Positions 45,752-54,880 of a DNA stretch of 64,000 bases are shown here, piece by piece (within the stretch, counting starts at the first letter, position 1; each line of letters begins with the position of its first letter). The stretch is from positions 309-64,308 of the forward strand of contig MHJG01000009.1 in assembly GCA_001818695.1 (NCBI GenBank), read 5' to 3'. The stretch comes from Candidatus Harrisonbacteria bacterium RIFCSPHIGHO2_02_FULL_42_16. GTDB taxonomy: Bacteria; Patescibacteriota; Minisyncoccia; UBA6257; 02-FULL-45-10c. The translations under genes were made by a program, and so were the position numbers. The notes under the pieces were generated by a model. That model was not told the origin of the DNA, searched no databases, and saw only the letters and a program-made list of their open reading frames with translations.

Positions 45752-46939
45752 TTATGTCAAAAGAGCTTTAGTAAGAAATTCTTTCGCGTCTTCTAAGTTC
45801 TTTTTTCCAAAAATATCAAAATCTTTTTCCATGGTTTCTTTATTAAAACCCAAAAGGCCAAGATTGGGCATCGGATATTTTGGCGTGATAAGAATTACTT
45901 TTTTATGTTGTTTTTCAATGCCTTCCGGGCGTTTAATATCTTTTAGATATTTTGGGAGATGGGAAATTTTTGATGACTTATTAAACGGGTCATCCGAACG
46001 GGGGTCGGGATTATCAATTTTAGAAATAACCGAGTCCGGATTATTGCAGAAAATTTTATATCCATTGGCATGGGCATAATTTAATTCTTCAACCAGGCGG
46101 GAATTAATAGTGGTATGGAAATTTGATATTAGCCGTTGCAGTATAGTTTGCTTGGAAACTATTTCTTCGGTAAGCGTACGGGCTAATTGACCGCCGAAAA
46201 ATACGATAATTGTTTGGTATCCTTCGGCAATAAATTCGCTTAAAATCAGCTCTTGTCCATCCGTGTGCACTTCTCCGAAAATGATTTTGTGTTCAACGGC
46301 TGGTACCAAACACATGGTTCCGACCATAACATCTCTTAATATGTTTGGGCTTACCCATGGGTCGCGGGTAGACCAGATTGTTGGTCCGCAACGGGTTTCG
46401 TTTCTGGTGATAATTTGAAGTTCTGGTAAATTTGGATTAACTAATTTGGTAAAATCAATTTGCAAATCTTCATCAATAAGCCGTTCTAACGGTTCGTGAG
46501 AAAGTAAATATGGTTTTTGATAGGCCTTTAACAAGCCCTTAACTCTTTGCATTTGTTCCAGCAGATTTGCATATTCTTTAAAATTCGTTAATTTTTTAAT
46601 GCCCTTAAAAGTTAATCCATCCAGATTGAATTTAGATATGTATTCAATAGACATTTCTACCGAGTTAATTAATTCGTATAACTCCTTAAAGACATTAGGC
46701 CCGCCGGCAATAACTTTTCTTAAGATTTTATTTATTTCTATTAAATTGAAGTTGGTTTCTATGAGTTTTGCGCCTAACAGCGCGCCAGAAGATACGGTTT
46801 GAATAACATCAACCGAAACTCCAAGTTCCGCAATTGCAGCGGTTAACCAGAAAATTTCCAAAATACTGTATCCGCCGCCGCTAATCCCAACTAAGGTTTT
46901 ACCGGTTTGTTTAATAAAGCATTTGTCCGGGGATTCCAT
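45752..46939 (-). CDS. patatin-like phospholipase family protein with about 100-aa C-terminal extension
   Basis: GxSxG nucleophile elbow (VGISGGGYS) near the N-terminus and a downstream DG(Q) motif (EVHTDGQ) consistent with the Ser-Asp dyad. Confidence 0.6.
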   Translation of the reverse strand: MESPDKCFIKQTGKTLVGISGGGYSILEIFWLTAAIAELGVSVDVIQTVSSGALLGAKLIETNFNLIEINKILRKVIAGGPNVFKELYELINSVEMSIEYISKFNLDGLTFKGIKKLTNFKEYANLLEQMQRVKGLLKAYQKPYLLSHEPLERLIDEDLQIDFTKLVNPNLPELQIITRNETRCGPTIWSTRDPWVSPNILRDVMVGTMCLVPAVEHKIIFGEVHTDGQELILSEFIAEGYQTIIVFFGGQLARTLTEEIVSKQTILQRLISNFHTTINSRLVEELNYAHANGYKIFCNNPDSVISKIDNPDPRSDDPFNKSSKISHLPKYLKDIKRPEGIEKQHKKVILITPKYPMPNLGLLGFNKETMEKDFDIFGKKNLEDAKEFLTKALLT

Positions 46940-47045
46940 TGCTCCTCCTAAATTTTCAACGAACTTTATATTACCTATAAAATAGCTCTTTTAAAATAAA
47001 AAATCAACTCCGCAAAACGGGGTTGATTTTTAACATATTATTTCC

Positions 47046-47552
47046 TTACTCAAACTTAACTTTTAATTTTTTTGTTTTTTGGCGGTTGAGCTTCGGTAAT
47101 TTTATGGTTAGGACCCCGTTTTTAATCACGGCGGTGGAATTATCGGCGTCCACTTCCTGCGGAAGGATGATGGAGCGGGAAAATTTACCCCAATAGCATT
47201 CCTGATAAAAATAATCTTCTTCCGAAACCCGTTTTTCTTTAACTCGTTTGCCGCGGATAGTTACGGATTCGTTGGTGATGTCCACATCCAAGTCCTCCGG
47301 ATTAACTCCGGCAATAGTGGACTCCACCACTATTTCATTGGGCGTTTGGTAAACATCAATAGTCAGCTGGCCTTCGCCTTCGTCTAAGAGTTCTGATAAA
47401 TCTTCCGAGCTTGAAATAGCCCTTGAAGATTTTTTTTCTTTAACTGGCAAAGACACCGAAGCAAGGTTTGCTTCCGGCTCCAAAGACGTCACTTTATTTT
47501 CTTCTCCCACCTGGGAAAGTTCTTCAAAAAATTTTTCGGTTTCTTTATCCAT
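47046..47552 (-). CDS. Hsp20/alpha-crystallin small heat-shock protein
   Basis: ACD core ...VTIRGKR...GKFSRSIILP...AVIKNGVLTIKLPK. Own terminator downstream. Confidence 0.85.
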   Translation of the reverse strand: MDKETEKFFEELSQVGEENKVTSLEPEANLASVSLPVKEKKSSRAISSSEDLSELLDEGEGQLTIDVYQTPNEIVVESTIAGVNPEDLDVDITNESVTIRGKRVKEKRVSEEDYFYQECYWGKFSRSIILPQEVDADNSTAVIKNGVLTIKLPKLNRQKTKKLKVKFE

Positions 47553-47639
47553 GCGTTTCTCACTCGAATGATTATCTAATAATAACGAATTGAGATCTAA
47601 TAAATTAATAGTTCGGTAGATATTAAATTATATTCGTAT

Positions 47640-48302
47640 TTATTCGAGCGACGTTCGTTTTTTTAGTTTTTCAAAATCGTAGAGGATAAATATGGCTAAA
47701 ATTGTCAGGAAGATAGTCGGAATAACCGATGGTTCATATCTGATTATAAGGGAATTGAAGAAAGCATGCAAGGCCGTAGCCAGTGCAAAACCTGTTAATA
47801 ATAGCCATTTTTTATTCAATGACATGGCTTTTGCCCAGTAATATCCCAATAAGCCGGAGCTTAGGGTATGAAGGAGGGTTGCTCCTATGAATCTTAAGGT
47901 GGTGGTCTCAAATGCCAGCGAACCGGTTTTAACAGCGGCGGCGACATTTTCCACGGCGGCAAAGCCCAAAGCGGCGACTATCATATAAATCATTGCGTCC
48001 ACCGGCTCGTCAAAGTCCTTTGGGTGTTTGCCGATTACCAGCCGCGCCGCCCCGAATTTAAAAAATTCTTCAATGCCCGCCAAAACTATAAAAGAAATAA
48101 AGCTGTATTTTATTATGCCGTTAAAATTAGCCCAGTCGTTAAATAAAATCTGAACCTGGAGAACGATAAAGGTGCTTAGGGCTCCGGCTAAGAAGACCTC
48201 AAAAAGAAGTTTTTTCGGCTCTGGATGCGGGTCTTCTTCCAAATAAAAAATCAGCCAAGCAAATGACGGCAGAAGGCCAAGTATGAGAGGGAGAGTTACC
48301 AT
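47640..48302 (-). CDS. PrsW-family intramembrane metalloprotease (M82-like)
   Basis: EExxK (IEEFFK), FxxxE (FAAVE) and HxxxN (HAFFN) motifs within TM helices. Confidence 0.55.
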   Translation of the reverse strand: MVTLPLILGLLPSFAWLIFYLEEDPHPEPKKLLFEVFLAGALSTFIVLQVQILFNDWANFNGIIKYSFISFIVLAGIEEFFKFGAARLVIGKHPKDFDEPVDAMIYMIVAALGFAAVENVAAAVKTGSLAFETTTLRFIGATLLHTLSSGLLGYYWAKAMSLNKKWLLLTGFALATALHAFFNSLIIRYEPSVIPTIFLTILAIFILYDFEKLKKRTSLE

Positions 48303-50437
48303 TTTTCTATCATTAAAAATTCTTTATTTTTATTCGGCAGGTTTTGATAAATTTCTTCCGTAAGATGCGGCATAAACGGATGGAGCATTTTTATGACTTC
48401 TAAAAGCGCGTTATTCAAAACTATTTTTACTTCTTCGTCATTTCGCCCCTTGCTTGATTCAATATATTTATCCGCGAATTCATGCCAGACAAAATCATAT
48501 AAAGAATGAAGCGCTTGTCCGAATTCATAAGTGTCAACTTGTTTAGAAACCTGTTTTTTAGTTGTATTAAGTTTTTTAATAAATTCTTTATCTTCATCAA
48601 ACGCTGATTTGCTCGGATTGCCGCGCTGATTTTCGCCGATATTTTTTCCGCGTGTATCCGCATTTGAGTCCGTGTTAATCTGCGAAGGTTTATTCATTAG
48701 AATAAATCTGGCAACATTCCATACCTTATTCGCGAATTTTTTTCCCGCTATAACCGCATTTTCATCCCAGTGGATATCTTGATTGCCCATGGCCTGCCAG
48801 ATTAAGCCGAAACGGGTGGCATCCGCTCCGTATTTTTCAATTAAAATCATCGGGTCAATGCCGGTGCCGAGCGACTTGGACATCCGTTTGCCGTCTTTGG
48901 TGAGAATGGTGCCGTGGATAATTACATCGGAGAACGGTTTTTGTCCCGTGAATTCTAAGCCGGAAAAAATCATTCTGGCTACCCATAAATTTATAATATC
49001 TCGGGCGGTGGAAATGACTTGGGTTGGATAAAATTCTTTTAAATCTTTGGTTTTGTCCGGCCAGCCAAGCGTGGCAAACGGCCAAAGCGCGGATGAAAAC
49101 CAGGTATCCAAAACATCTGTTTCTCCTTCAAGCGGAATTTTGTGTCCCCACCATATTTGGCGGGAAACATTCCAGTCGCGGATATTTTCCAGCCAGCTAA
49201 AATATATTTTTTCCCAATTTTTCGGATGGAATTTCACTTCGCCGCTTTTTACCGCTTTAATCGCCAGCTTCGCCAATTCGTTCATTTTTAAAAACCACTG
49301 CAAGCTCGGCTGGGGTTCAATCACGCCGTTACAGCGATAACAAACCGCGACATTGTGATTATAGTCCTCTTCCTTTTCAATTAGATTTTGGTTTTTTAAT
49401 TCTACCATTACTTTTTCGCGGCACTCTAAAACTTTCAGTCCGGCGCAAAGCTGGCCGGCTTCCGGCGCCATTTTCCCTAGCGGGCCGATTACTTTATATA
49501 CGGGCAGTTTATGTTTTTCTCCTATGCGCGCGTCCAATAAATCATGAGCCGGCGTTAATTTTACCGCGCCGGTTCCGAATTCCATGTCAATTTCTTCATC
49601 GGCGATAATCGGAATTTCGCGATTTTGAATCGGCAGTAAGACCTTTTTACCGATTAAATTTTTATACCGCTTATCTTTTGGATTAACCGCTATCGCGGAA
49701 TCGCCGAGCATCGTTTCCGGCCGAGTGGTGGCAACGATAATAAATCCTTTTTCGTTTAATAGCGGATATTTGATATGCCATAATTTACTTCTCTCCTCCT
49801 TATATTCAAGTTCCAAATCTGACAAGCTGGTTTGGCACCGGACGCACCAGTTGATTACCCGTTCGGCTTTGTAAAGCCATCCTTTTTTATAGTAACGCAG
49901 AAACGCCTCATTGACCGCTTTCTGGTATTGCTCATCCATCGTGAAACGGACGCGCGACCAATCCATAGAACAGCCGAGTTTTTTGAATTGATTTAAAATA
50001 ATGCCGCCGTATTTTTCTTTCCATTCCCAGACCTTTTCTAAAAATTTTTCCCGCCCCAAATCATGGCGAGATACATTTTGTTTTTTCAGTTCTTTTTCCA
50101 CGACATTCTGGGTGGCAATGCCGGCGTGGTCAGTGCCCGGAAGCCAGAGGGTCTTATAGCCCTCCATCCGTTTTTTCCGGATTAAAATATCCTGAATGGC
50201 CGCGTTAAGCGCGTGTCCCATATGGAGCGAGCCAGTCACATTCGGAGGCGGCACGACAATAGTATAGCTTGACACTTGTTGCTTGATGCTTGATGCCGCC
50301 GGAAGATTGTCCGGATTAAAATAGCCGGATTTTTCCCAAAGCTGATAAATTTTATCTTCTACTTCTTTCGGATTGTAGGTCTTGCTTAATTCTTTTGGCA
50401 TTGATATAATCTTAAAAGATTTTTTATTCTTTAACAA
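48296..50437 (-). CDS. valS: valyl-tRNA synthetase (short form lacking C-terminal coiled coil)
   Basis: HMGH (SLHMGHALN), KMSKS, ValRS-type N-terminus YNPKEVEDKIYQLWEKSGYF, CP1 editing domain. Confidence 0.85.
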   Translation of the reverse strand: MLKNKKSFKIISMPKELSKTYNPKEVEDKIYQLWEKSGYFNPDNLPAASSIKQQVSSYTIVVPPPNVTGSLHMGHALNAAIQDILIRKKRMEGYKTLWLPGTDHAGIATQNVVEKELKKQNVSRHDLGREKFLEKVWEWKEKYGGIILNQFKKLGCSMDWSRVRFTMDEQYQKAVNEAFLRYYKKGWLYKAERVINWCVRCQTSLSDLELEYKEERSKLWHIKYPLLNEKGFIIVATTRPETMLGDSAIAVNPKDKRYKNLIGKKVLLPIQNREIPIIADEEIDMEFGTGAVKLTPAHDLLDARIGEKHKLPVYKVIGPLGKMAPEAGQLCAGLKVLECREKVMVELKNQNLIEKEEDYNHNVAVCYRCNGVIEPQPSLQWFLKMNELAKLAIKAVKSGEVKFHPKNWEKIYFSWLENIRDWNVSRQIWWGHKIPLEGETDVLDTWFSSALWPFATLGWPDKTKDLKEFYPTQVISTARDIINLWVARMIFSGLEFTGQKPFSDVIIHGTILTKDGKRMSKSLGTGIDPMILIEKYGADATRFGLIWQAMGNQDIHWDENAVIAGKKFANKVWNVARFILMNKPSQINTDSNADTRGKNIGENQRGNPSKSAFDEDKEFIKKLNTTKKQVSKQVDTYEFGQALHSLYDFVWHEFADKYIESSKGRNDEEVKIVLNNALLEVIKMLHPFMPHLTEEIYQNLPNKNKEFLMIEKW

Positions 50438-50727
50438 CGGAGGGATTATGGAATTAAAATCTCAAACTAGATTTTTGCAGGTTCGCATTGAAGACGACCA
50501 AGGCGAGAGGGTGGTTATTTCTGCAAGGTAAAAGGATGCAACGCCGATGTACGGCGATGTTTCTAAAAGCCAGCTTCAAGCCAATTTATTGCCGGTGAAG
50601 ATTTTGAAAGAAACAGAAACCGATGCGCTGATTAGCTGGCCGGTTCAATGCTGCCGGATGGATGATAATTGCTGCGGCTGTGAATTTTGGGTAGATAAAA
50701 AATTCCTCATCTGAAGAGGAATTTTTA

Positions 50728-50952
50728 TTAATTTTTAAAGCGGTTATTGGGCCGCTTTTTCCTTTTGAATAATATTTTACGGGAAGCCGCCAATGCTTGT
50801 CTTTTGGTAAAAGTTACGTGTCCGCATTTTGAACACAACATTGCCCACACCCTATCAATCAATTTTAATATATTAACGTTCGTGATTAAGTTTGTGGCAA
50901 CCCAGTTTGATTTAAATAATCCGCCACAGCCGCATCTAAGCTTTTTTCTCAT
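50728..50952 (-). CDS. small zinc-ribbon protein with basic tail (hypothetical)
   Basis: CGCGG...CSKCGH Cys4 arrangement. Bidirectional terminator ttcctcatctgaagaggaa at its 3' end. Confidence 0.35.
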   Translation of the reverse strand: MRKKLRCGCGGLFKSNWVATNLITNVNILKLIDRVWAMLCSKCGHVTFTKRQALAASRKILFKRKKRPNNRFKN

Positions 50953-50998
50953 TCTACCCCCTCTTTTATGTTCTGATTATAGAATCATACTTTCTTTT

Positions 50999-52252
50999 TT
51001 ATAATGTCAAATTGCCGTTAGCTACTAATTGAAGACCTTTTTTCTTTTTTTGTAGTAAATTTATATACGCCGCGGCGGCAATCATGGCGGCGTTGTCGGT
51101 ATTATATTCATAGTCGGGGACTACAAAATTTAGTTTTAAGTCAAAAGTTGTAAGTTTTAAGGTTTCGCGCAAAGCGCGATTGGCGGAAACTCCGCCGCAT
51201 AATAATACGGATTTTGCTTTGAATTCTTTAGCGGCGCGGAGAGTTTTTTGCGTTAATACATCAATTACCGCTTTTTGGAAACTGGCGGCTACATTAGCAA
51301 GAAAATTATTTTTTTCCGAAACCTCCACAGCCGGCTTGGCGCGGCCCCCGCTATGCTGGGCAAGGCGGCGAGGACTAGCGAGTGAGTCGCTGGATGAACG
51401 AAGCGGGTTGAGGGAAGAATAATTTTCTTGCGAATGATCGCGGAGATAATAGAGAACCGAAGTTTTTAATCCCGAGAAACTGAAATTATACACATCTTTT
51501 ACATTTTTAGGATTTAGTAATGGGCGGGGGAATTTAATCGCGTCGGGATTGCCCCTGGCGGCGAGTTTCTGTATTTCCGGGCCGCCGGGATAAGGAAGTT
51601 TCAGCATTCGCGCCACTTTATCAAAGGCCTCTCCGGCAGCGTCATCCAATGTCTCGCCGAGCTTGGTCCATTTTGTGATGCTTTTCATATTTAATAAAAT
51701 AGTGTGCCCTCCGCTTACAATCAAGGCGACGGCGGGGAATTTTATTTTAGGGTTTAGGGTAGAGGGTTTAGGGTAGAGGGTTTTTGTATTTTTTTTAGAA
51801 ATTAGAAATTTGGAATTAGAAATTTCAGCTGTTTTTTTTGGTAAAAAACAGCTGTATAGATGCCCTTCCATATGGTTTACTCCGATAAGCGGCTTATTTA
51901 GTTTTTTGGAAAGTTCTTCGGTAAAATTGATTCCGGTCCAAAGCGCCGGTTCCAATCCGGGCCCGACAGTGGCAGCGATATAATCGGGGTTTAGGCCATT
52001 CGGCTCTGAGAGCCTCAGGCTCGTAGAGGTAGAGGGTTTAGGGTTTAGGGTTTTAAAAATTTTAGGCAAATTTTTCAGATGTTCTCTTTTCGCCAAATTT
52101 GGCACCACGCCGCCGAATGGGCGATGAACCGCTATTTGGGAAGAAACGATATTTTTTAGAACTTGAAATTTCGGGGATTTTAAACCGCCGCCGCATTTTA
52201 CCAAAGCGATGGATGTTTCATCGCAAGATGTTTCTATAGCAAGAATTTTCAT
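50999..52252 (-). CDS. tsaD: tRNA N6-adenosine threonylcarbamoyltransferase TsaD (Kae1/Gcp family) with two in-frame repeat insertions
   Basis: IETSCDETS, HMEGHL, ALIVSGGHT, DDAAGEAFDK and other conserved motifs. 417 aa instead of about 340. Extra loops NPKPSTSTSLRLSEPNGLNP and PKKTAEISNSKFLISKKNTKTLYPKPSTLNPKIK are encoded by the G-rich repeats. Confidence 0.85.
   Translation of the reverse strand: MKILAIETSCDETSIALVKCGGGLKSPKFQVLKNIVSSQIAVHRPFGGVVPNLAKREHLKNLPKIFKTLNPKPSTSTSLRLSEPNGLNPDYIAATVGPGLEPALWTGINFTEELSKKLNKPLIGVNHMEGHLYSCFLPKKTAEISNSKFLISKKNTKTLYPKPSTLNPKIKFPAVALIVSGGHTILLNMKSITKWTKLGETLDDAAGEAFDKVARMLKLPYPGGPEIQKLAARGNPDAIKFPRPLLNPKNVKDVYNFSFSGLKTSVLYYLRDHSQENYSSLNPLRSSSDSLASPRRLAQHSGGRAKPAVEVSEKNNFLANVAASFQKAVIDVLTQKTLRAAKEFKAKSVLLCGGVSANRALRETLKLTTFDLKLNFVVPDYEYNTDNAAMIAAAAYINLLQKKKKGLQLVANGNLTL
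51748..51784. repeat. TTTAGGG/TAGAGGG G-rich repeat block inside tsaD (copy 1)
   Basis: ttagggtttagggtagagggtttagggtagagggttttt. Confidence 0.8.
52025..52053. repeat. TTTAGGG/TAGAGGG G-rich repeat block inside tsaD (copy 2)
   Basis: agaggtagagggtttagggtttagggtttt. Confidence 0.8.
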
Positions 52253-52256
52253 TTAG

Positions 52257-52328
52257 TAGTCCCGACGGGAATCGAACCCGTATTCCCACCGTGAAAGGGT
52301 GATGTCCTAGCCGTTAGACGACGAGACC
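52257..52328 (-). tRNA. tRNA-Glu (anticodon UUC)
   Basis: Minus strand GGTCTCG-TC-GTCT-AACGGCTA-GGAC-A-TCACC-CTTTCAC-GGTGG-GAATA-CGGGT-TCGATTC-CCCGT-CGGGACT-A. Anticodon loop CUUUCAC. 72 nt. The 3' end is 5 nt from the tsaD start. Confidence 0.75.
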
Positions 52329-52410
52329 GTGTTTTTTTACATCCTGGTCTCCATAATAAGGGAGTTTTATCAGATTTTCAATCCCACTATTTTAATCCTA
52401 TGATATAATG

Positions 52411-52680
52411 GGAGAGCCGGATTCAAACTAACATCAATTTAGTGAGCCAATTCCCGTCCAGATTCAAGGCACGAGGAAGCGCAGTGTGCCAGTAGGCACA
52501 TAAGCGACGAGCAACGAAGAAGATGGATTGGAATTGGCTCACCCGAAGGGAAGAGAGAATTTGGCCAATTTCTTTGTCACTCCTCGTCGGGGTGCTTACT
52601 AGCACGACCCCCTCGTCGTTCCTAGAACTTGGCTTAAATTATCTCTTTTAAATTTGACGGTAGTTTGAATTCGGCTCTCC
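52411..52680. ncRNA. candidate structured non-coding RNA (unknown class) with nested inverted repeats; strand undetermined
   Basis: Outer IR GGAGAGCCGGATTCAAACTA / TAGTTTGAATTCGGCTCTCC (1 mismatch), inner IR GTGAGCCAATTCC / GGAATTGGCTCAC, hairpin GGGGTGCT-tact-AGCACGACCCC, CUUCGG tetraloop on the minus strand. GC well above background. Ends 6 nt before the eno start. Confidence 0.3.
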
Positions 52681-52685
52681 TAAAT

Positions 52686-53936
52686 ATGAAAGCCGTGATA
52701 AAAAATATTTTTGCCGAAGAAATTTTGGACTCGCGTGGCAATCCTACTTTGAGGGTGGGGGTGGCAACCGGCGCCGGAACGGGCATTTTTTCCGTTCCTT
52801 CCGGAGCGAGTACCGGCAAATACGAAGCGCTGGAAAAGCGGGACAACGACCCAGAGCGATTCCGCGGATTGGGAGTTAAAAAGGCGCTTGCCGCGATTGA
52901 AAAGGAAATCGCGCCTTGTTTGAAAGGATTTTCGGTTTTAGAACAAAAAAAAATTGACCGGGCAATGATAAAATTGGACGGCACCCCAAATAAGCGGCGC
53001 TTGGGCGGAAATGCTCTTATTGGCGTCAGTATCGCGGTTGCCAAAGCTGGAGCTTTAGCGAGCAAAAAACCGTTGTATAAATATCTGCATGATTCTTTTT
53101 TCCCGAAAGAAAAAATGGTCGCGCCGAAATTGTATATGAATTTAATCAATGGCGGCAAGCACGCGAAGAATAATCTGGCTTTTCAGGAATACTTGGTTGT
53201 TCCGCAAACCAATTTCGTAAAGGATGCGTTGAAATTCGGTTGCCGGGTTTTGGCGGAATTAAAGAAAATCGTTGTCAAGAAATATGGTAAGGCATCTTTT
53301 GAGATTGGAGACGAAGGTGGATTGGCTCCGGCAATTAGCGATGTTGAAGAGCCGTTGCGTTTATTGGCGGAGGCGGCGCGCAAGGTCGGCGGATTAAAAT
53401 GGAAATTGGCGCTGGATGTGGCCGCCACCAGTTTTTATAAAAATAAAAAATACACCATTGCCGGAAAAAAATTACCTGCGGAAAAATTACTGGAATTTTA
53501 TAAAAAAATAATAAATAAATATCCTTTACTTTCAATTGAAGACCCTTTTCAGGAGGAGGATTTTAAAAATTTTTCCAGATTTAAAAAAGAAACGGAGAAA
53601 AATGGAGTTTTTATTGTTGGCGACGACCTCACCGTTACCAATCCCAACCGTTTGCGGAAGGCAATCTTTGAGCAAAGCATCGGCGGGGGGATTATTAAGC
53701 CGAATCAGATTGGCACCCTGACCGAAACAATTGAAGCGATAAATTTAGCTAAAAAAAATAGAATTAAAATAATAGTCAGCCATCGGAGCGGCGAAACCAA
53801 TGACGATTTTATCGGGGATTTGGCGTATGCCTGCGGAGCGTTTGGGATTAAAGCCGGCGCGCCCCAGCCAAAGGAACGGCTCGCAAAATATAACCGCTTA
53901 TTGGAGATACAACGAATAACGAATGTGTACGAATAA
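52686..53936 (+). CDS. eno: enolase
   Basis: MKAVIKNIFAEEILDSRGNPT..., SGASTGKYEA, and catalytic motifs. Start taken at the internal Met at 52686. Confidence 0.9.
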   Translation: MKAVIKNIFAEEILDSRGNPTLRVGVATGAGTGIFSVPSGASTGKYEALEKRDNDPERFRGLGVKKALAAIEKEIAPCLKGFSVLEQKKIDRAMIKLDGTPNKRRLGGNALIGVSIAVAKAGALASKKPLYKYLHDSFFPKEKMVAPKLYMNLINGGKHAKNNLAFQEYLVVPQTNFVKDALKFGCRVLAELKKIVVKKYGKASFEIGDEGGLAPAISDVEEPLRLLAEAARKVGGLKWKLALDVAATSFYKNKKYTIAGKKLPAEKLLEFYKKIINKYPLLSIEDPFQEEDFKNFSRFKKETEKNGVFIVGDDLTVTNPNRLRKAIFEQSIGGGIIKPNQIGTLTETIEAINLAKKNRIKIIVSHRSGETNDDFIGDLAYACGAFGIKAGAPQPKERLAKYNRLLEIQRITNVYE

Positions 53937-54082
53937 ACGAATATACTAATATATTAATAATAAAATGCTTAAAACTATTGTTAAGAAACAAGATTTGTTG
54001 TATCCGGAACTCAGTTATAAAATTATAGTTGATTCGTTTATTCGTAAATTAGTAATAATTCGTTATTCGATGATTTTATAAT

Positions 54083-54877
54083 ATGGCGTCAGTTGCGCAA
54101 ATAATCGCGACCATCGGGCCCGCGAGTAAAAATAAAAAAGCGATTAAAGAGATGATAAAACATCAAATGGATGCGGCGCGGCTTAATTTTTCCCACGGCA
54201 CTTATAAAGAACACGCTTATTACATAAAAACTATCCGGGCGGCCGCCAAAGAATTGAAAAGAAAGATTCTGATTATTCAGGATTTATCCGGGCCGCGGAC
54301 ACAGAGAGGCAAAGAACATTTTTTCAATAAAAAATCAAAGTCCTTGATAACCGCCAAAGATAAAAAGGATTTGCGGTTCGGATTGGAAAACGGCATTGAT
54401 TATGTCGCGATGTCTTATGTCGGCGGCGCGGAAGACATAAAATCCTTGCGGGCGCTGATGAGGTCATTTAAAAAAAATAAGCCGGTTATCGCTAAAATTG
54501 AACGGCGGGAAGCGGTAAAAAATATAGATGCCATTATTAAATCCGCGGACGCGATTATGGTGGCGCGCGGCGATTTAGGCAATGCTTTTCCGTTAGAAAA
54601 ACTGCCGTTTCTTCAGAAAATGATTATTCGGAAATGCAAAAAAGCGGAAAAGCCGGTGATTACCGCGACCCAAATGCTGCTCTCTATGGCGGAAAATCCG
54701 GAACCGACCCGCGCGGAAGTGGAGGATGTGGCGCAGGCAATTTTGGACGGTTCGGATGCAGTGATGCTTTCGGAAGAAACTGCTATCGGAAAATATCCGG
54801 CGGAAGCCGTGCGAGTGATGGAAAGGATTGTTTTGGAATCGGAAAAACACGAGCGATTTAAAATTCATAAATTATAA
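54083..54877 (+). CDS. minimal pyruvate kinase-like protein (TIM-barrel A domain only; no B-domain lid, no C-terminal domain)
   Basis: [33 protein letters not shown] motifs. Only 264 aa. Confidence 0.65.
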   Translation: MASVAQIIATIGPASKNKKAIKEMIKHQMDAARLNFSHGTYKEHAYYIKTIRAAAKELKRKILIIQDLSGPRTQRGKEHFFNKKSKSLITAKDKKDLRFGLENGIDYVAMSYVGGAEDIKSLRALMRSFKKNKPVIAKIERREAVKNIDAIIKSADAIMVARGDLGNAFPLEKLPFLQKMIIRKCKKAEKPVITATQMLLSMAENPEPTRAEVEDVAQAILDGSDAVMLSEETAIGKYPAEAVRVMERIVLESEKHERFKIHKL

Positions 54878-54880
54878 CTT

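Noticed and set aside
52634-53158. 174-aa minus-strand ORF
   Set aside because: It lies entirely antisense to the well-supported enolase gene and the structured intergenic element. It is a chance ORF.
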